NCBI GenBank assembly: GCA_016181305.1
Contig: JACOZN010000014.1
Span: 1 to 51,533, forward strand
Reading direction: 5' to 3'
DNA: 51,533 nucleotides
Source: Candidatus Woesearchaeota archaeon
GTDB taxonomy: Archaea; Nanobdellota; Nanobdellia; Woesearchaeales; GW2011-AR4
The number at the start of each line of letters is the position of its first letter. Position 1 is the first letter of the stretch. Shown here piece after piece: positions 1 to 9,247 of the stretch. Below the pieces are notes generated by a model, which was not told the origin of the DNA, made no database searches, and saw nothing but the letters and a program-made list of their open reading frames with translations. The position numbers and the translations under genes are program-made.

Positions 1-107
1 TATTGCAAATTAAAAAAACATATAAACTCATGCTGCTTGACTATTATTTTCATATATAAAAACAACAAATATATACTAAAATATATATATTTTGGTATGT
101 AATAATA

Positions 108-124
108 CCAAAAGCTTTAAATAT
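108..124 (+). promoter_or_regulatory. Candidate BRE/TATA box of the S-layer gene
   Basis: CCAAAAGC followed by TTTAAATA at 116-123, about 120 bp upstream of the ATG at 241; Shine-Dalgarno GGAGGTG at 226-232. Confidence 0.55.
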
Positions 125-240
125 GGCTAAGATTAAATTAGTTGACAAGGACGCTTCGTAAGAGGCGTTGCTACATAGTATAATATTCAAAAGCAATATT
201 ATGCTTAAGAAAAAATAAAACACTTGGAGGTGTTTATAAG

Positions 241-2799
241 ATGAGATTTCAAAAAGCTATAAAGAGGATGATTGCATTAGGAACAGGAGCCATCATGGTG
301 GGCTCAAGCGTATTTGCAGCCGCAGATTTGGCTAATTACCCATCACCATTCGTCAAGGACGGAAAGTTCAGCGGAGTCCTAGTCGTTGGAGACAAGGCAG
401 CAGCTGAAGACGTCATCGGTATTTCTGACATCGTTTCAAGCCTGCAGTTTGCAGCTACAAAGGCAGCAGCAGTGACATCAGCAGGAAGCGTTGCAGTTGA
501 AGGAGATGCGTGGAAAGTAGGAACATCAACAAAAAGGCTTGAGCTAAGTGAGGACTTGGCAGCAGGCGGAGTTAACAGAGAGATTATAAGCAACATAACG
601 AGCTTTATACAAAAAGGAGATTTAAAAGCACTTGACTCGGGAACTGTAACTAACAACAAGGTTACTTCTCCATACAACCAATATCTCTATTTGCTAGGGG
701 GACAAGCCCAAGCTAATATGGACAGCGGTTATGTTATCTACACCGAAGATGATGAGACAGACACATCAGCAGATTATCTATACTTTAAATCAGGAAGAGA
801 AATAGGAAGATACTTGCTTGAATTCACAACAGCCCTTGAAAGCGATGTTGACGACTCAGCAGGCTCGTCCTCAACAACCGGATTGTTCCTGACAGACTTT
901 CAGGATGTTGACTTGACAATGTTGGGTAAGAAATACACAATAGTAACAGCCAAAAGAACAACAACAGCTGGAAATAGCACTGTTTTGACATTAATGGGCG
1001 GAGCAGGAAAAGACACACTATTGGAAAAGCAGACAAAGACATACACAATCGGCGGAAAGGACTATGAAGCCACATTACAATTCGTTGACGCTGATGAAGC
1101 CCAATTTGTCATAAACGGACAGACAACAAGAAAGTTGAAAGACGGAGACACTGACAAGCTCTCAGACGGCACAACTGTCGGAGTGACAGATGTATTGTAT
1201 CAGGATTATGCAGGTGGTATCCACAGCGCAACATTCTTTATAGGCGCAAACAAGCTGGAATTGAAGGATACTGGCGTAAGAGACGTTGCATCATCGAATT
1301 CACTAAAAGTGGATGATGATACAATTGACGATGCGCTTGTTACAATAGAAGGTACTGATGACAGCAGCGTTTTCAAAATAAATAGGATACACATCAACAT
1401 GACTGCTGATGACAATTTCTTTGTACCGGCAGGTGGCAAGCTTAGTGATGCAATTAAGCTGGAAGGCGGCACAACAGCAGAGCCACAAGTATTATTTACA
1501 GAAAACTGGGATATTGAGTACAGAGGACTTTCAAAGGAGTCAGTTGAAACTGTTAAAATAAGAACAAGCGGTACAAGCGAATACAGGCTTGAGTTCATGG
1601 ACGGCTCTGGCAAGAAAGTTGAACTGCCAATTGCAAAAACAGCAAGCGGCTCATCATTAATGATGGGCGAGCAGGCAGGCAGGGCATTCATAAACACAGA
1701 GAACAGTACAATTAACAAGGATGAGTACTTTGTAGTGTCAGAGAGTACTTCTTCTCGTAAAAGAGGAGAAAGGCCAACTTATGTGTTGCAATACAAAGGC
1801 TCAGACAAAGTAACTGCTGACAACCCACTGCTTAAGTTTAAGAACTTGGGAGAAGGCAGCACAATAGAGCAGACATTTAGCAACAAATCAACCTCAAGTA
1901 CAGTAGGTGCTGCTGGTGCTCCAATAACAGAACTGGCAACATTAAAGGTAGGAGGCTCTGATTTCAATATATTCGCTGCAAATGGAATAGGCACCCAAGA
2001 CTTTCCAATTATGATAGACATGGATGCAGATGGTTCAATAGATGGTGTGCCTGAATCATCCGGACATAGCATGAACGCCAGCAATCCAGTAGTTATTACT
2101 ACAAAGTCTGGAATGGAGATAAACGTCACAAACGTAACTGGAACAGGTGGTTCATCAGATGTAACTGATGTGGTATTTGTGTCCTTTAGGATACCAGACG
2201 AAAGCAGAGAAAGTAACTCAAGGGACAGCGTTGAAACATTGTTATCAACTGTAATGAGGTTTAACATAACTGCTGCATCAGGAGAAGTGCAGATAGCACA
2301 GGATACAACAACAGAGACAAGAAGGCTAACCTTGAGAACACCAAGCGGTAAGACAAACATAGCATATGCTTGGGACAGCTATGGTAACTACTACACGTAT
2401 GAAACACCAACAAACGACCCTGCATTGATTACAATTGAAGTGCCAACAAAGCAGAGAACACCATTGGTTTACATTACAGCCAAAGGAGCATCTTTCAGCG
2501 AAGTTGGCGCATCAACCACAGAAGCTGTGACAGTGCAGAGAATTGAAGTTGGAGCTGCAAAGCTTGCTTCAGAAGTCTCTGACATCAAGGCTCAGAATTC
2601 AATACTGGTAGGCGGGCCATGTGCAAACGCGGCAGCTGCAACAGCAATGCTAGTGGCAGGATACGCAGCATTGGACACAAGGAACGCAGCGCAGGTTGTG
2701 GCAAACTACAAGGACTACAAAGCCAACTTTAAGGGCACAAAGGTTGTAGTCAAGAAAGTCAACAACCAGCTGACAGTGGCTGCACCAGCATCAGCTTAA
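241..2799 (+). CDS. Major S-layer protein
   Basis: 852 aa; signal peptide, then ADLANYPSPFVKDG...VVGDKAAAEDV; Thr/Ser/Asp/Gly-rich core; C-terminal LVGGPCAN...LVAGY..DTRNAA; strong SD and terminator. Confidence 0.85.
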   Translation: MRFQKAIKRMIALGTGAIMVGSSVFAAADLANYPSPFVKDGKFSGVLVVGDKAAAEDVIGISDIVSSLQFAATKAAAVTSAGSVAVEGDAWKVGTSTKRLELSEDLAAGGVNREIISNITSFIQKGDLKALDSGTVTNNKVTSPYNQYLYLLGGQAQANMDSGYVIYTEDDETDTSADYLYFKSGREIGRYLLEFTTALESDVDDSAGSSSTTGLFLTDFQDVDLTMLGKKYTIVTAKRTTTAGNSTVLTLMGGAGKDTLLEKQTKTYTIGGKDYEATLQFVDADEAQFVINGQTTRKLKDGDTDKLSDGTTVGVTDVLYQDYAGGIHSATFFIGANKLELKDTGVRDVASSNSLKVDDDTIDDALVTIEGTDDSSVFKINRIHINMTADDNFFVPAGGKLSDAIKLEGGTTAEPQVLFTENWDIEYRGLSKESVETVKIRTSGTSEYRLEFMDGSGKKVELPIAKTASGSSLMMGEQAGRAFINTENSTINKDEYFVVSESTSSRKRGERPTYVLQYKGSDKVTADNPLLKFKNLGEGSTIEQTFSNKSTSSTVGAAGAPITELATLKVGGSDFNIFAANGIGTQDFPIMIDMDADGSIDGVPESSGHSMNASNPVVITTKSGMEINVTNVTGTGGSSDVTDVVFVSFRIPDESRESNSRDSVETLLSTVMRFNITAASGEVQIAQDTTTETRRLTLRTPSGKTNIAYAWDSYGNYYTYETPTNDPALITIEVPTKQRTPLVYITAKGASFSEVGASTTEAVTVQRIEVGAAKLASEVSDIKAQNSILVGGPCANAAAATAMLVAGYAALDTRNAAQVVANYKDYKANFKGTKVVVKKVNNQLTVAAPASA

Positions 2800-2830
2800 G
2801 GGTTTAAACCCTTTATTTTTCTTTTTTTTT
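2798..2830 (+). terminator. Palindrome plus T-tract terminator
   Basis: AAGGGTTTAAACCCTT (2798-2813) overlaps the stop codon and is followed by a long T-rich run. Confidence 0.7.
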
Positions 2831-2869
2831 TGTTGAATATCTTTTTATTTAGAAGTCTTATACACTTAG

Positions 2870-4020
2870 TTAGTCTAATGACTCCCCCAGGAAAATATTA
2901 TGCTTTGTCCTTCTTATCCTTAGCTTCACTTTTGAGCCTATTTCCCTGTGGCAGTCAGGCACTGAAATAAGCCTGTCTTTGGCCACTGCAAGCTTCTCAT
3001 TTCCTATCCTGCCCGGCAGGGCAATCTCTGCCTCTATAACCTGCCCTTTCCTGAACGGCTTTGGCAGCTCAGGCTGCTCCTCCACATCAAAGGCAGACTT
3101 GTCAAATACGAGCTTTACATTGTGCTTTTGCTCAAGCTCCCTCATTTTTGCATAGAATTGCTCCATAGGCACGCCTTCAACAGGGTTCCTGCCAAAGCGG
3201 TAGTTAAGCATGTTTTGAATCCCGATTGCAGGGCAGTTTTTGCCTGCGCCAATCTCTTCGGCAAACTTTGCAAGCTTTGGCAGCTCGTCATCGTTAAAGC
3301 CAGGCACCCACACCGGAGCAATGATCAAGTCCATTTTTGCAGGGATGTACCTTGCTATTTCCATGACTTTGGCTAAATTATAGGGATAGCCTGCCAATTT
3401 GCCTGCTTTTTCAGGATCCAAAGCATTAAGGCTCAGGTTAATCCTTGTCAGGCCCGCCTCTGCAAGCCCGTCAACAAGCTGTTTTGTCAGCAATGTACCA
3501 TTAGTGTCAATAGAGCTTCTTTTAACCCCTTTGACAGACATTATGCCCCTCACAAGCTCAGCCATGTCAGCGTACAAGGTTGGCTCGCCCTGCGCATTTA
3601 TGTGCGCATCAATATTGCTGCTGCCCTTGTGGGGCCTTCGTCAACAGAGCAGAATATGCAGCTTATGTTGCAGCTTGTTATGGGCTTTACCTCTATTATA
3701 TTCGTGCCCCTGTCTATAAGCCCAAAATAGTTTGTTCCAGTCAGCGGAATTCCCGAGCTTTGGTGGATGTAGACTGTTTTCTTGTTGTTGAGCCTGTTTT
3801 TAAGGGTTTTAAACGCATTTGCCAAAAGGAAATCAAGCTTTCTTCTTGCGGTATTTTCAGAAACATTGTCAAATTTTATTGAATTCTTGCTTACCTCAAA
3901 CGGAGCTATTTTTTCAAGGCTGCTTTCCTCAAGATAAGTATAGAACAGCCTGAGGAAATTGACCCTTATTTTGCCATTGTTCCGCTCAAAGCCCAAGTCC
4001 CTGAATACCAGCTCTGCCAT
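2870..4020 (-). pseudogene. Radical SAM + TRAM domain protein (COG2100-like), split by a frameshift at ~3630
   Basis: ORF 3598-4020 carries CNISCIFCSVDEGP (CxxxCxxC). A second frame continues KGSSNIDAHINAQGEPTLY into ORF 2870-3577 (SIDTNGTLL, INLSLNA, C-terminal TRAM-like domain). Confidence 0.8.
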
Positions 4021-4113
4021 GGCTTATAGCATGAAACAGAGTTTTAAAAAGGTATCTATGGAATTGTTTTTAGCTTCTTGCTAAAAGTTTTTAAACCAAT
4101 GCCTGCTAAAGAT

Positions 4114-4262
4114 ATAGAGAACTTTGAATAATTCATTATTTTCGCCATTTACTTGAAAATCCAAGATTTTCAAGTTCCCAAAAATTGCATTGCAATTTTT
4201 TAGGACATTCAAAGTTCTCTTAGAGAATTTTGACAAAATTAATATATTTCAAAATTCTCTAT
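4114..4262. repeat. Nested inverted-repeat element
   Basis: AGAGAACTTTGAAT (4116-4129) / ATTCAAAGTTCTCT (4207-4220) enclose two perfect hairpins (4151-4175 and 4180-4200). A second pair follows: TAGAGAATTTTGA (4221-4233) / TCAAAATTCTCTA (4249-4261). Confidence 0.85.
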
Positions 4263-4271
4263 AAGTGCAAT

Positions 4272-4532
4272 ATGTACAAATTGACAACCAGGAGCAGGAA
4301 GGCTGAAAAGCAATTTTATGACATCCTCAATTCTAGGGAAGGCATAAAGGAGAAATTAGAGAAGCTTAAAGTCAATCCAAGAACCGAGCTGGATGCTCAC
4401 AAATTAAGGGGAAAGCTAGAAGGCAAATGGAGCTGCTCTTTGGGTAGTGATATAAGAATGGTGTATGAACTTGATGATGACAATAAAGAAATTGTTGTTG
4501 TAGCAGTTGGCTCTCATAAAGTCTATCGCTGA
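4272..4532 (+). CDS. RelE/ParE-superfamily toxin
   Basis: 86 aa basic protein with AHKLRGKLEGKWSCSLGSDIRMVY...IVVVAVGSH; ATG at 4272 preferred over the TTG at 4230. Confidence 0.85.
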   Translation: MYKLTTRSRKAEKQFYDILNSREGIKEKLEKLKVNPRTELDAHKLRGKLEGKWSCSLGSDIRMVYELDDDNKEIVVVAVGSHKVYR

Positions 4533-4681
4533 GTTTTAAGCTCCCAAGCCTTAATCCCTTTTTTCCTGGCTTCGTCGCTTTCCTTAATAGCTTCCATCAT
4601 CTCTGCATTTCTTAAAATACCTACTTCCTCAAGAAGCTCCTCATATTCCCTTTTTGGTATTTGCACCATTTCCTGCTTCAT
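4523..4681 (-). CDS. Small antitoxin-like protein (missing from the ORF track)
   Basis: 52 aa MKQEMVQIPKREYEELLEEVGILRNAEMMEAIKESDEARKKGIKAWELKTQR; resembles the EYExLxExxxILxNxEMMxAI segment of Phd/YefM-type antitoxins; its 3' end overlaps the toxin by 10 bp. Confidence 0.7.
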   Translation of the reverse strand: MKQEMVQIPKREYEELLEEVGILRNAEMMEAIKESDEARKKGIKAWELKTQR

Positions 4682-4788
4682 ACTGGCTGCTAAGTTATCT
4701 GCTATTTTTAAATCTTTTGTTTATGCTTAAAATGTTAACAACAAATTATTTAAATACCATGCCCTATTTCTGGCTTTGAGGGTGGAAA

Positions 4789-5421
4789 ATGCAGGAGATA
4801 GTAATCACTTATGAGACCTTGTTTGAGCTTCTAAAGAGGGAAAAGGAGAGGACAGACTTGCAGAAGCTGGAGCCGACATTTTTCAGCGACACGATTGCAT
4901 ACATAAAGGACAAAAAGAAGATAATTGAGGCTAAAAGCGACTCGGTTTTTGCAGTAGAGGAAAGGAAAAAGACAGAAAGGCAGCTTGAGAACATATACAA
5001 AATCCTGAAGGAGCTTTACGAGAGAAGGGAAAAGAAGATAATAAGCATTGCATTGGACAGGAGCAGGACAAAGTCCAGCCTGATAGACACTTCAGCGCTC
5101 CTGAAGGAGGAAAAGGTTGTTTTTGACGCTTTGGCGTCTCTCCTTGACAATTACAGGGACGCCATCCTGTACAGCGTGCTTAACGAGAAAATGCCGTTCA
5201 TGCAGCAGGCTGAAATCAAGCCAAAGGAAGAATTCAGGCCCGCCATTGAGCTGAAAAAGCCCACAAGGCTTTTGAGGTTCACAAGCCACGTGCCGAAGTT
5301 TGTCGGCACAGAGCTCGAGGAATACGGGCCGTTTGGCGAGGAGGACATTGCAAACCTGCCTTCCGAGATAGCAGATGTCCTTATCGGCAGGGGAAAGGCA
5401 GAGGAGATAAGGGAGGAGTGA
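4789..5421 (+). CDS. GINS complex subunit (Gins15/51-type)
   Basis: Helical A domain (ITYETLFELLKRE...LYERREKKII) plus C-terminal B domain (VPKFVG...YGPF...ANLP); canonical position upstream of L44e. Confidence 0.8.
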   Translation: MQEIVITYETLFELLKREKERTDLQKLEPTFFSDTIAYIKDKKKIIEAKSDSVFAVEERKKTERQLENIYKILKELYERREKKIISIALDRSRTKSSLIDTSALLKEEKVVFDALASLLDNYRDAILYSVLNEKMPFMQQAEIKPKEEFRPAIELKKPTRLLRFTSHVPKFVGTELEEYGPFGEEDIANLPSEIADVLIGRGKAEEIREE

Positions 5422-5491
5422 TTTTTGTCGACGATAATTTTAAAAATTAAATAGCAAAAGATTTTTAAATAACGCTGAAACCCACTTTCTT

Positions 5492-5800
5492 ATGAAAATG
5501 CCCAAGCTGGTTAACAGGTACTGCCCTTATTGCAGGAAGCACACAGAGCATACTATTACAATTACAAAGAAAAAGAGCCCAAGCAGCCTTAAATATGGCT
5601 CAAAGATAAGGGCAAGGAAAAGAGGAAGGGCAAGGGGAAGGGGCAATCTTGGCAGATATTCAAAGCCCGCAATAAGCAAGTTCAAGATGACCGGCAAGAA
5701 AGCCACAAAAAAGACTGACTTTAGGTACGAGTGCAAGGTCTGCAAGAAAATGCATGTCCAAAGGCAGGGCTTCAGGGCAAAGAAGATAGAGTTCAAGTGA
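5492..5800 (+). CDS. rpl44e: 50S ribosomal protein L44e
   Basis: RYCPYCRKHTEH...KKTDFRYECKVCKK zinc-ribbon pattern. Confidence 0.95.
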   Translation: MKMPKLVNRYCPYCRKHTEHTITITKKKSPSSLKYGSKIRARKRGRARGRGNLGRYSKPAISKFKMTGKKATKKTDFRYECKVCKKMHVQRQGFRAKKIEFK

Positions 5801-7174
5801 TTAATTGCATCGGTACACTAAATATGCCCCTTCTGTTTTATCATGGAACTGGCTTAGCAAATCACAATTCTTATTTAAGAACTGCCTAACTTCCTTAAAA
5901 TAGGAGATTCCCTGCTTGCTTCTGATTATAAACAAAACGTCATTATTTTTCAGCCTGTTTAATATCTCATTCAAATCGGCCAGCCCCGAAAGAAAAACTT
6001 CGTTATTGGTGTCAACAAAATCAAAAGCTATTTTTTTATTCGTCAGCAAAGCCAATAAAGGCACAACAGAGTCATCTCCAAAAAGCATTGTGTTTTCATC
6101 CGAGTGCGAATTGACGAAATCAGCCAAGTCACTGCCCCTTTCAAAGCCCCTGAATCCAATCTTTTCCAGAAACGCAACATCTGCTGCCAGATTCCACACG
6201 AAAACAATGGATAAGATTAGTGATGCAGAAATAGCCAGTTTTTTATTTTGAATGTTTTTTAATACCGATGCAATGCTGTACCCTCCAGCAATGGCCAAGA
6301 ACGGGAATATAACAATAAAATAAAAGCCGAAAATCTTCTTTAATGAGAATAAAAATATTAAATAAATTACTGACACGGCAAAAAATAAGTTAACTGCCTT
6401 TTTGCCTTTTATAAAAATAAATAAAAAAGCGGAAAAAAACAAAATCCAGTTCAGCTTCACTATATCAAAATATTCCTTGAAATTTTCCCCGCCCCCGAAG
6501 CTTTTTAACAAATGGAACTTGTAAACGGGGCTTAAATAAGCGTCTTTCAGGAATAATGCAAAAATTCCGTTAACAGCCAAGAAAACAATCAAAAATGCCG
6601 ACGATAATCTCAAAAAGCTTTTTTTGTCCGACAAAAATACAATGCAAAACACTATAAATATTGGAACCAGGCTTAATAATCTGGTTATGCCGGCAATCCC
6701 GAAGAATATGCCTGCCAAAACATAGTTGCTTCTGTTAAACAGGAAATAAGTTCCAATAATCAAAAACATCATTGCAATTTCTATGCCAAATGAAAAGACA
6801 GAGTTAAAAATCACACTATAGCTAAATAACAATAGCAAAGACGAAATAATTGCTTCGCTGCTGCCAAATTTTTCCTTTGCTATCTTAAAAACAAAGAATG
6901 CGGTTATTAAAGCTGAAATCAGGGATACCGATTTCAAAGCAGCAATATTAAATCCAAATGCCTTATAAACCAATGCAATCAGGTATATCTGCAACGGCGG
7001 GTGGGCAAAGAAAAAATCCCGGTAAGGTATTTTGCCTTCGCTTACAAGCCTTCCCATGTAATAGTACACATTTTCATCGCCCGGCTGGGCTGTTGACAGC
7101 CCCCTGAGCGTTATGGCTAAAAAGGCAGCCATGAAAGCTGCAAGAAAAACATATGGAAGCTTATTTTTATCCAT
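5801..7174 (-). CDS. Multi-pass membrane glycosyltransferase (GT-C fold, GT39/ArnT-like)
   Basis: 457 aa hydrophobic protein with [20 protein letters not shown] motifs. Confidence 0.7.
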   Translation of the reverse strand: MDKNKLPYVFLAAFMAAFLAITLRGLSTAQPGDENVYYYMGRLVSEGKIPYRDFFFAHPPLQIYLIALVYKAFGFNIAALKSVSLISALITAFFVFKIAKEKFGSSEAIISSLLLLFSYSVIFNSVFSFGIEIAMMFLIIGTYFLFNRSNYVLAGIFFGIAGITRLLSLVPIFIVFCIVFLSDKKSFLRLSSAFLIVFLAVNGIFALFLKDAYLSPVYKFHLLKSFGGGENFKEYFDIVKLNWILFFSAFLFIFIKGKKAVNLFFAVSVIYLIFLFSLKKIFGFYFIVIFPFLAIAGGYSIASVLKNIQNKKLAISASLILSIVFVWNLAADVAFLEKIGFRGFERGSDLADFVNSHSDENTMLFGDDSVVPLLALLTNKKIAFDFVDTNNEVFLSGLADLNEILNRLKNNDVLFIIRSKQGISYFKEVRQFLNKNCDLLSQFHDKTEGAYLVYRCN

Positions 7175-7269
7175 CGGGATTTTCAGGTTTTCTGCTGTTT
7201 AAAAATTTTTGGTTAATCCCCTGCACCAAGGGAAAGGTATATAAATGGCTGGAAGTTACGGAAGGCAAA

Positions 7270-7452
7270 ATGAAAATAAGGGAGCCGACAAGCAAATTCA
7301 TAAAGATAAGATGCCCTAAATGCAAGAATGAGCAGATAACATTCGGAAAGACCGCAACAAAGGTTGACTGCCTTGTGTGCGGCAAGACTCTTGCAGAGCC
7401 GACAGGCGGCAAGAGCAGGGTAAAGGCAAGGGTATTGGAAGTTCTGGAATAG
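7270..7452 (+). CDS. rps27e: 30S ribosomal protein S27e
   Basis: [18 protein letters not shown]...[15 protein letters not shown]; ATG at 7270. Confidence 0.95.
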   Translation: MKIREPTSKFIKIRCPKCKNEQITFGKTATKVDCLVCGKTLAEPTGGKSRVKARVLEVLE

Positions 7453-7457
7453 GCAAA

Positions 7458-8234
7458 ATGCTGTCCAAGAAGCAGGGTTTTCCCGAGGAAAGCGAACTGG
7501 TACTGTGCACGGTCACAAGCGTGCAGTTTCATTCTGTTTTTGTCAACCTTGACGAATACGACAAGGGCGGCATGATCCACATATCAGAGGTTTCTCCCGG
7601 CAGGATAAGGAATATAAGGGACTTTGTGAAGGAGGGCAAGAAGATTGTGTGCAAGGTTCTCAGGGTTAACCAGGAAAAGGGCTACATAGACCTGTCATTG
7701 AGGAGGGTTAACGAGGCTGAAAAAAGGAGGAAAATAGACGGCATCAAGAGGGAGCAGAATGCCGAAAAAATAATTGAAAACACGGCAGGCAAAATAGGCA
7801 TGGGCGTGGAGCAGCTGTACAGGGAGATATCGGAAAAGATGAAAGCATCGTCGCTCCATGAATTTTTTGAGTCGGCGGTCAGCGACGAAAGCGTGCTTGA
7901 AAAGCTGGGAATTGACAAAAAGCACCTTGAAGTGCTCAGCGAAACAATAAAGCAGAGGATAAAAGTTCCCGAAGTGACAATAAAAGGGCGGCTTAAGATA
8001 ACCAGCTATGCGCCTGACGGCATAGACGTGATAAAAGGCGCATTAAAAAGCGCAGAGGAAGCTGCAAAAGGCAGGATAGGCATATGCTACATGGGCTCCG
8101 GGATTTACAGGTTTGTAGTTACATCAGATGATTACAAGGGGGCGGAAAAAATCATGAAGAGCGCAACTGAAAGCGCGATAAGCTACGCGGCAAAGCGCAT
8201 GGGCACGGCTGAATTCAGCCGTGAATCGGCATGA
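7458..8234 (+). CDS. eif2a: Translation initiation factor aIF-2 alpha
   Basis: S1 domain FPEESELVLCTV...IHISEVSPGRIRNIRD...IDLSLRRV; ATG at 7458. Confidence 0.95.
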   Translation: MLSKKQGFPEESELVLCTVTSVQFHSVFVNLDEYDKGGMIHISEVSPGRIRNIRDFVKEGKKIVCKVLRVNQEKGYIDLSLRRVNEAEKRRKIDGIKREQNAEKIIENTAGKIGMGVEQLYREISEKMKASSLHEFFESAVSDESVLEKLGIDKKHLEVLSETIKQRIKVPEVTIKGRLKITSYAPDGIDVIKGALKSAEEAAKGRIGICYMGSGIYRFVVTSDDYKGAEKIMKSATESAISYAAKRMGTAEFSRESA

Positions 8235-8404
8235 GGCACATTTTCAGGTGCAGCAAGTGCAGTAAGTATACGATGAAAGAAATTTGTGATTGCGGCAGCA
8301 GGACAATCGCCCCAAAGCCCCTGAAATACAGCCCGGGCGGCAAATTAGGCCCTTACAGGAGAAAGGCAAAGATTAGCGAGTACATTGGGAGAGGCGTGCT
8401 ATGA
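8231..8404 (+). CDS. nop10: H/ACA RNP protein Nop10 (missing from the ORF track)
   Basis: 57 aa MRHIFRCSKCSKYTMKEICDCGSRTIAPKPLKYSPGGKLGPYRRKAK...; ATGA overlaps on both sides; canonical position after aIF2alpha. Confidence 0.9.
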   Translation: MRHIFRCSKCSKYTMKEICDCGSRTIAPKPLKYSPGGKLGPYRRKAKISEYIGRGVL

Positions 8405-9198
8405 GGGACAGCTACTGGAAGATTATGCAGTTCGGGAAAATCCCGAGGCTGGACAAGCCCGTTTTGATAGAGGGGCTGCCCGGCATAGGCAACGTGGGCA
8501 AGGTTGCCGTGGATTTTCTCATCGACGAGCTGGGCGCTAAAAAGCTTTACGAGATAACCTCCTATACTTTTCCGCATTCTGTTTTTGTGAACGAGGACAA
8601 CCTCGTTGAGCTGCCTGTTGTGGAGGTGTTTTACAAAAAGCTGGGAAAGAGGGACATCTTGCTTCTTGGTGGGGACGTGCAGCCCATTGACGAGATAAGC
8701 TCATACGAGTTCTCCGAGAAGATACTTGACATAGTGGAGAAATTCCATGGCACAGAGGTAGTCACATTGGGGGGCATAGGGCTGGCTGACATCCCGAAAA
8801 AGCCAAGGGTTTACTGCACAGGCAACTCAAAAAAGATAATCAACAAGTACAAGAGCAGCATGGTAAGCAACAACCTGTATGGCGTAGTGGGCCCGATTGT
8901 CGGCGTTTCAGGCCTTCTGCTCGGGCTTGCATCAAGAAGAAATATAGGGGCAATATCATTTTTGGCGGAAACATACGGGCATCCGATGTACCTTGGCATA
9001 AAAGGCGCCAAGGAGATATTGAAGGTTCTTGACAAGAACCTCAGCCTGAACATTGACATAAACAAGCTCGACAGGGAAATCAAGGACATAGAAAGCGAGC
9101 TGCTGAAGAAGACAGAGCAGCTGAGCGAGGTTACAAAGCAGATTGCGCTGAAGAAGCTGCAGAAAAAGCTCGGAAAGGAAGTTGATTACATTGGGTAG
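8401..9198 (+). CDS. PAC2 (proteasome assembly chaperone) family protein
   Basis: VLIEGLPGIGNVGK...TLGG...GPIVGVSGLLLG; canonical position after nop10. Confidence 0.9.
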   Translation: MRDSYWKIMQFGKIPRLDKPVLIEGLPGIGNVGKVAVDFLIDELGAKKLYEITSYTFPHSVFVNEDNLVELPVVEVFYKKLGKRDILLLGGDVQPIDEISSYEFSEKILDIVEKFHGTEVVTLGGIGLADIPKKPRVYCTGNSKKIINKYKSSMVSNNLYGVVGPIVGVSGLLLGLASRRNIGAISFLAETYGHPMYLGIKGAKEILKVLDKNLSLNIDINKLDREIKDIESELLKKTEQLSEVTKQIALKKLQKKLGKEVDYIG

Positions 9199-9247
9199 CG
9201 AAATCTTTAAATAAACCATTTTTTCTTTTTTCTATAAAGGTGGAATT

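Noticed and set aside
1-53. Possible start of a divergent gene (MKIIVKQHEF...) running off the left edge
   Set aside because: Only 17 codons are visible, too few to support a call.
336-2360. Long minus-strand ORFs (113-193 aa) inside the S-layer gene
   Set aside because: Antisense shadows produced by the biased codon use of a highly expressed gene; no motifs or start signals.
3624-3634. Programmed -1 frameshift in the radical SAM gene
   Set aside because: No slippery heptamer, and a block of coding sequence appears to be missing, which a frameshift would not restore.
4116-4261. Repeats as a mini CRISPR array
   Set aside because: The repeats alternate in orientation, are only 12-14 bp, have no regular spacers, and no cas genes are present.
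4697-4705. ATAGCAGAT next to the antitoxin TATA as a third copy of the 14-bp promoter motif
   Set aside because: Only 9 bp match, in the opposite orientation relative to the gene; expected by chance.
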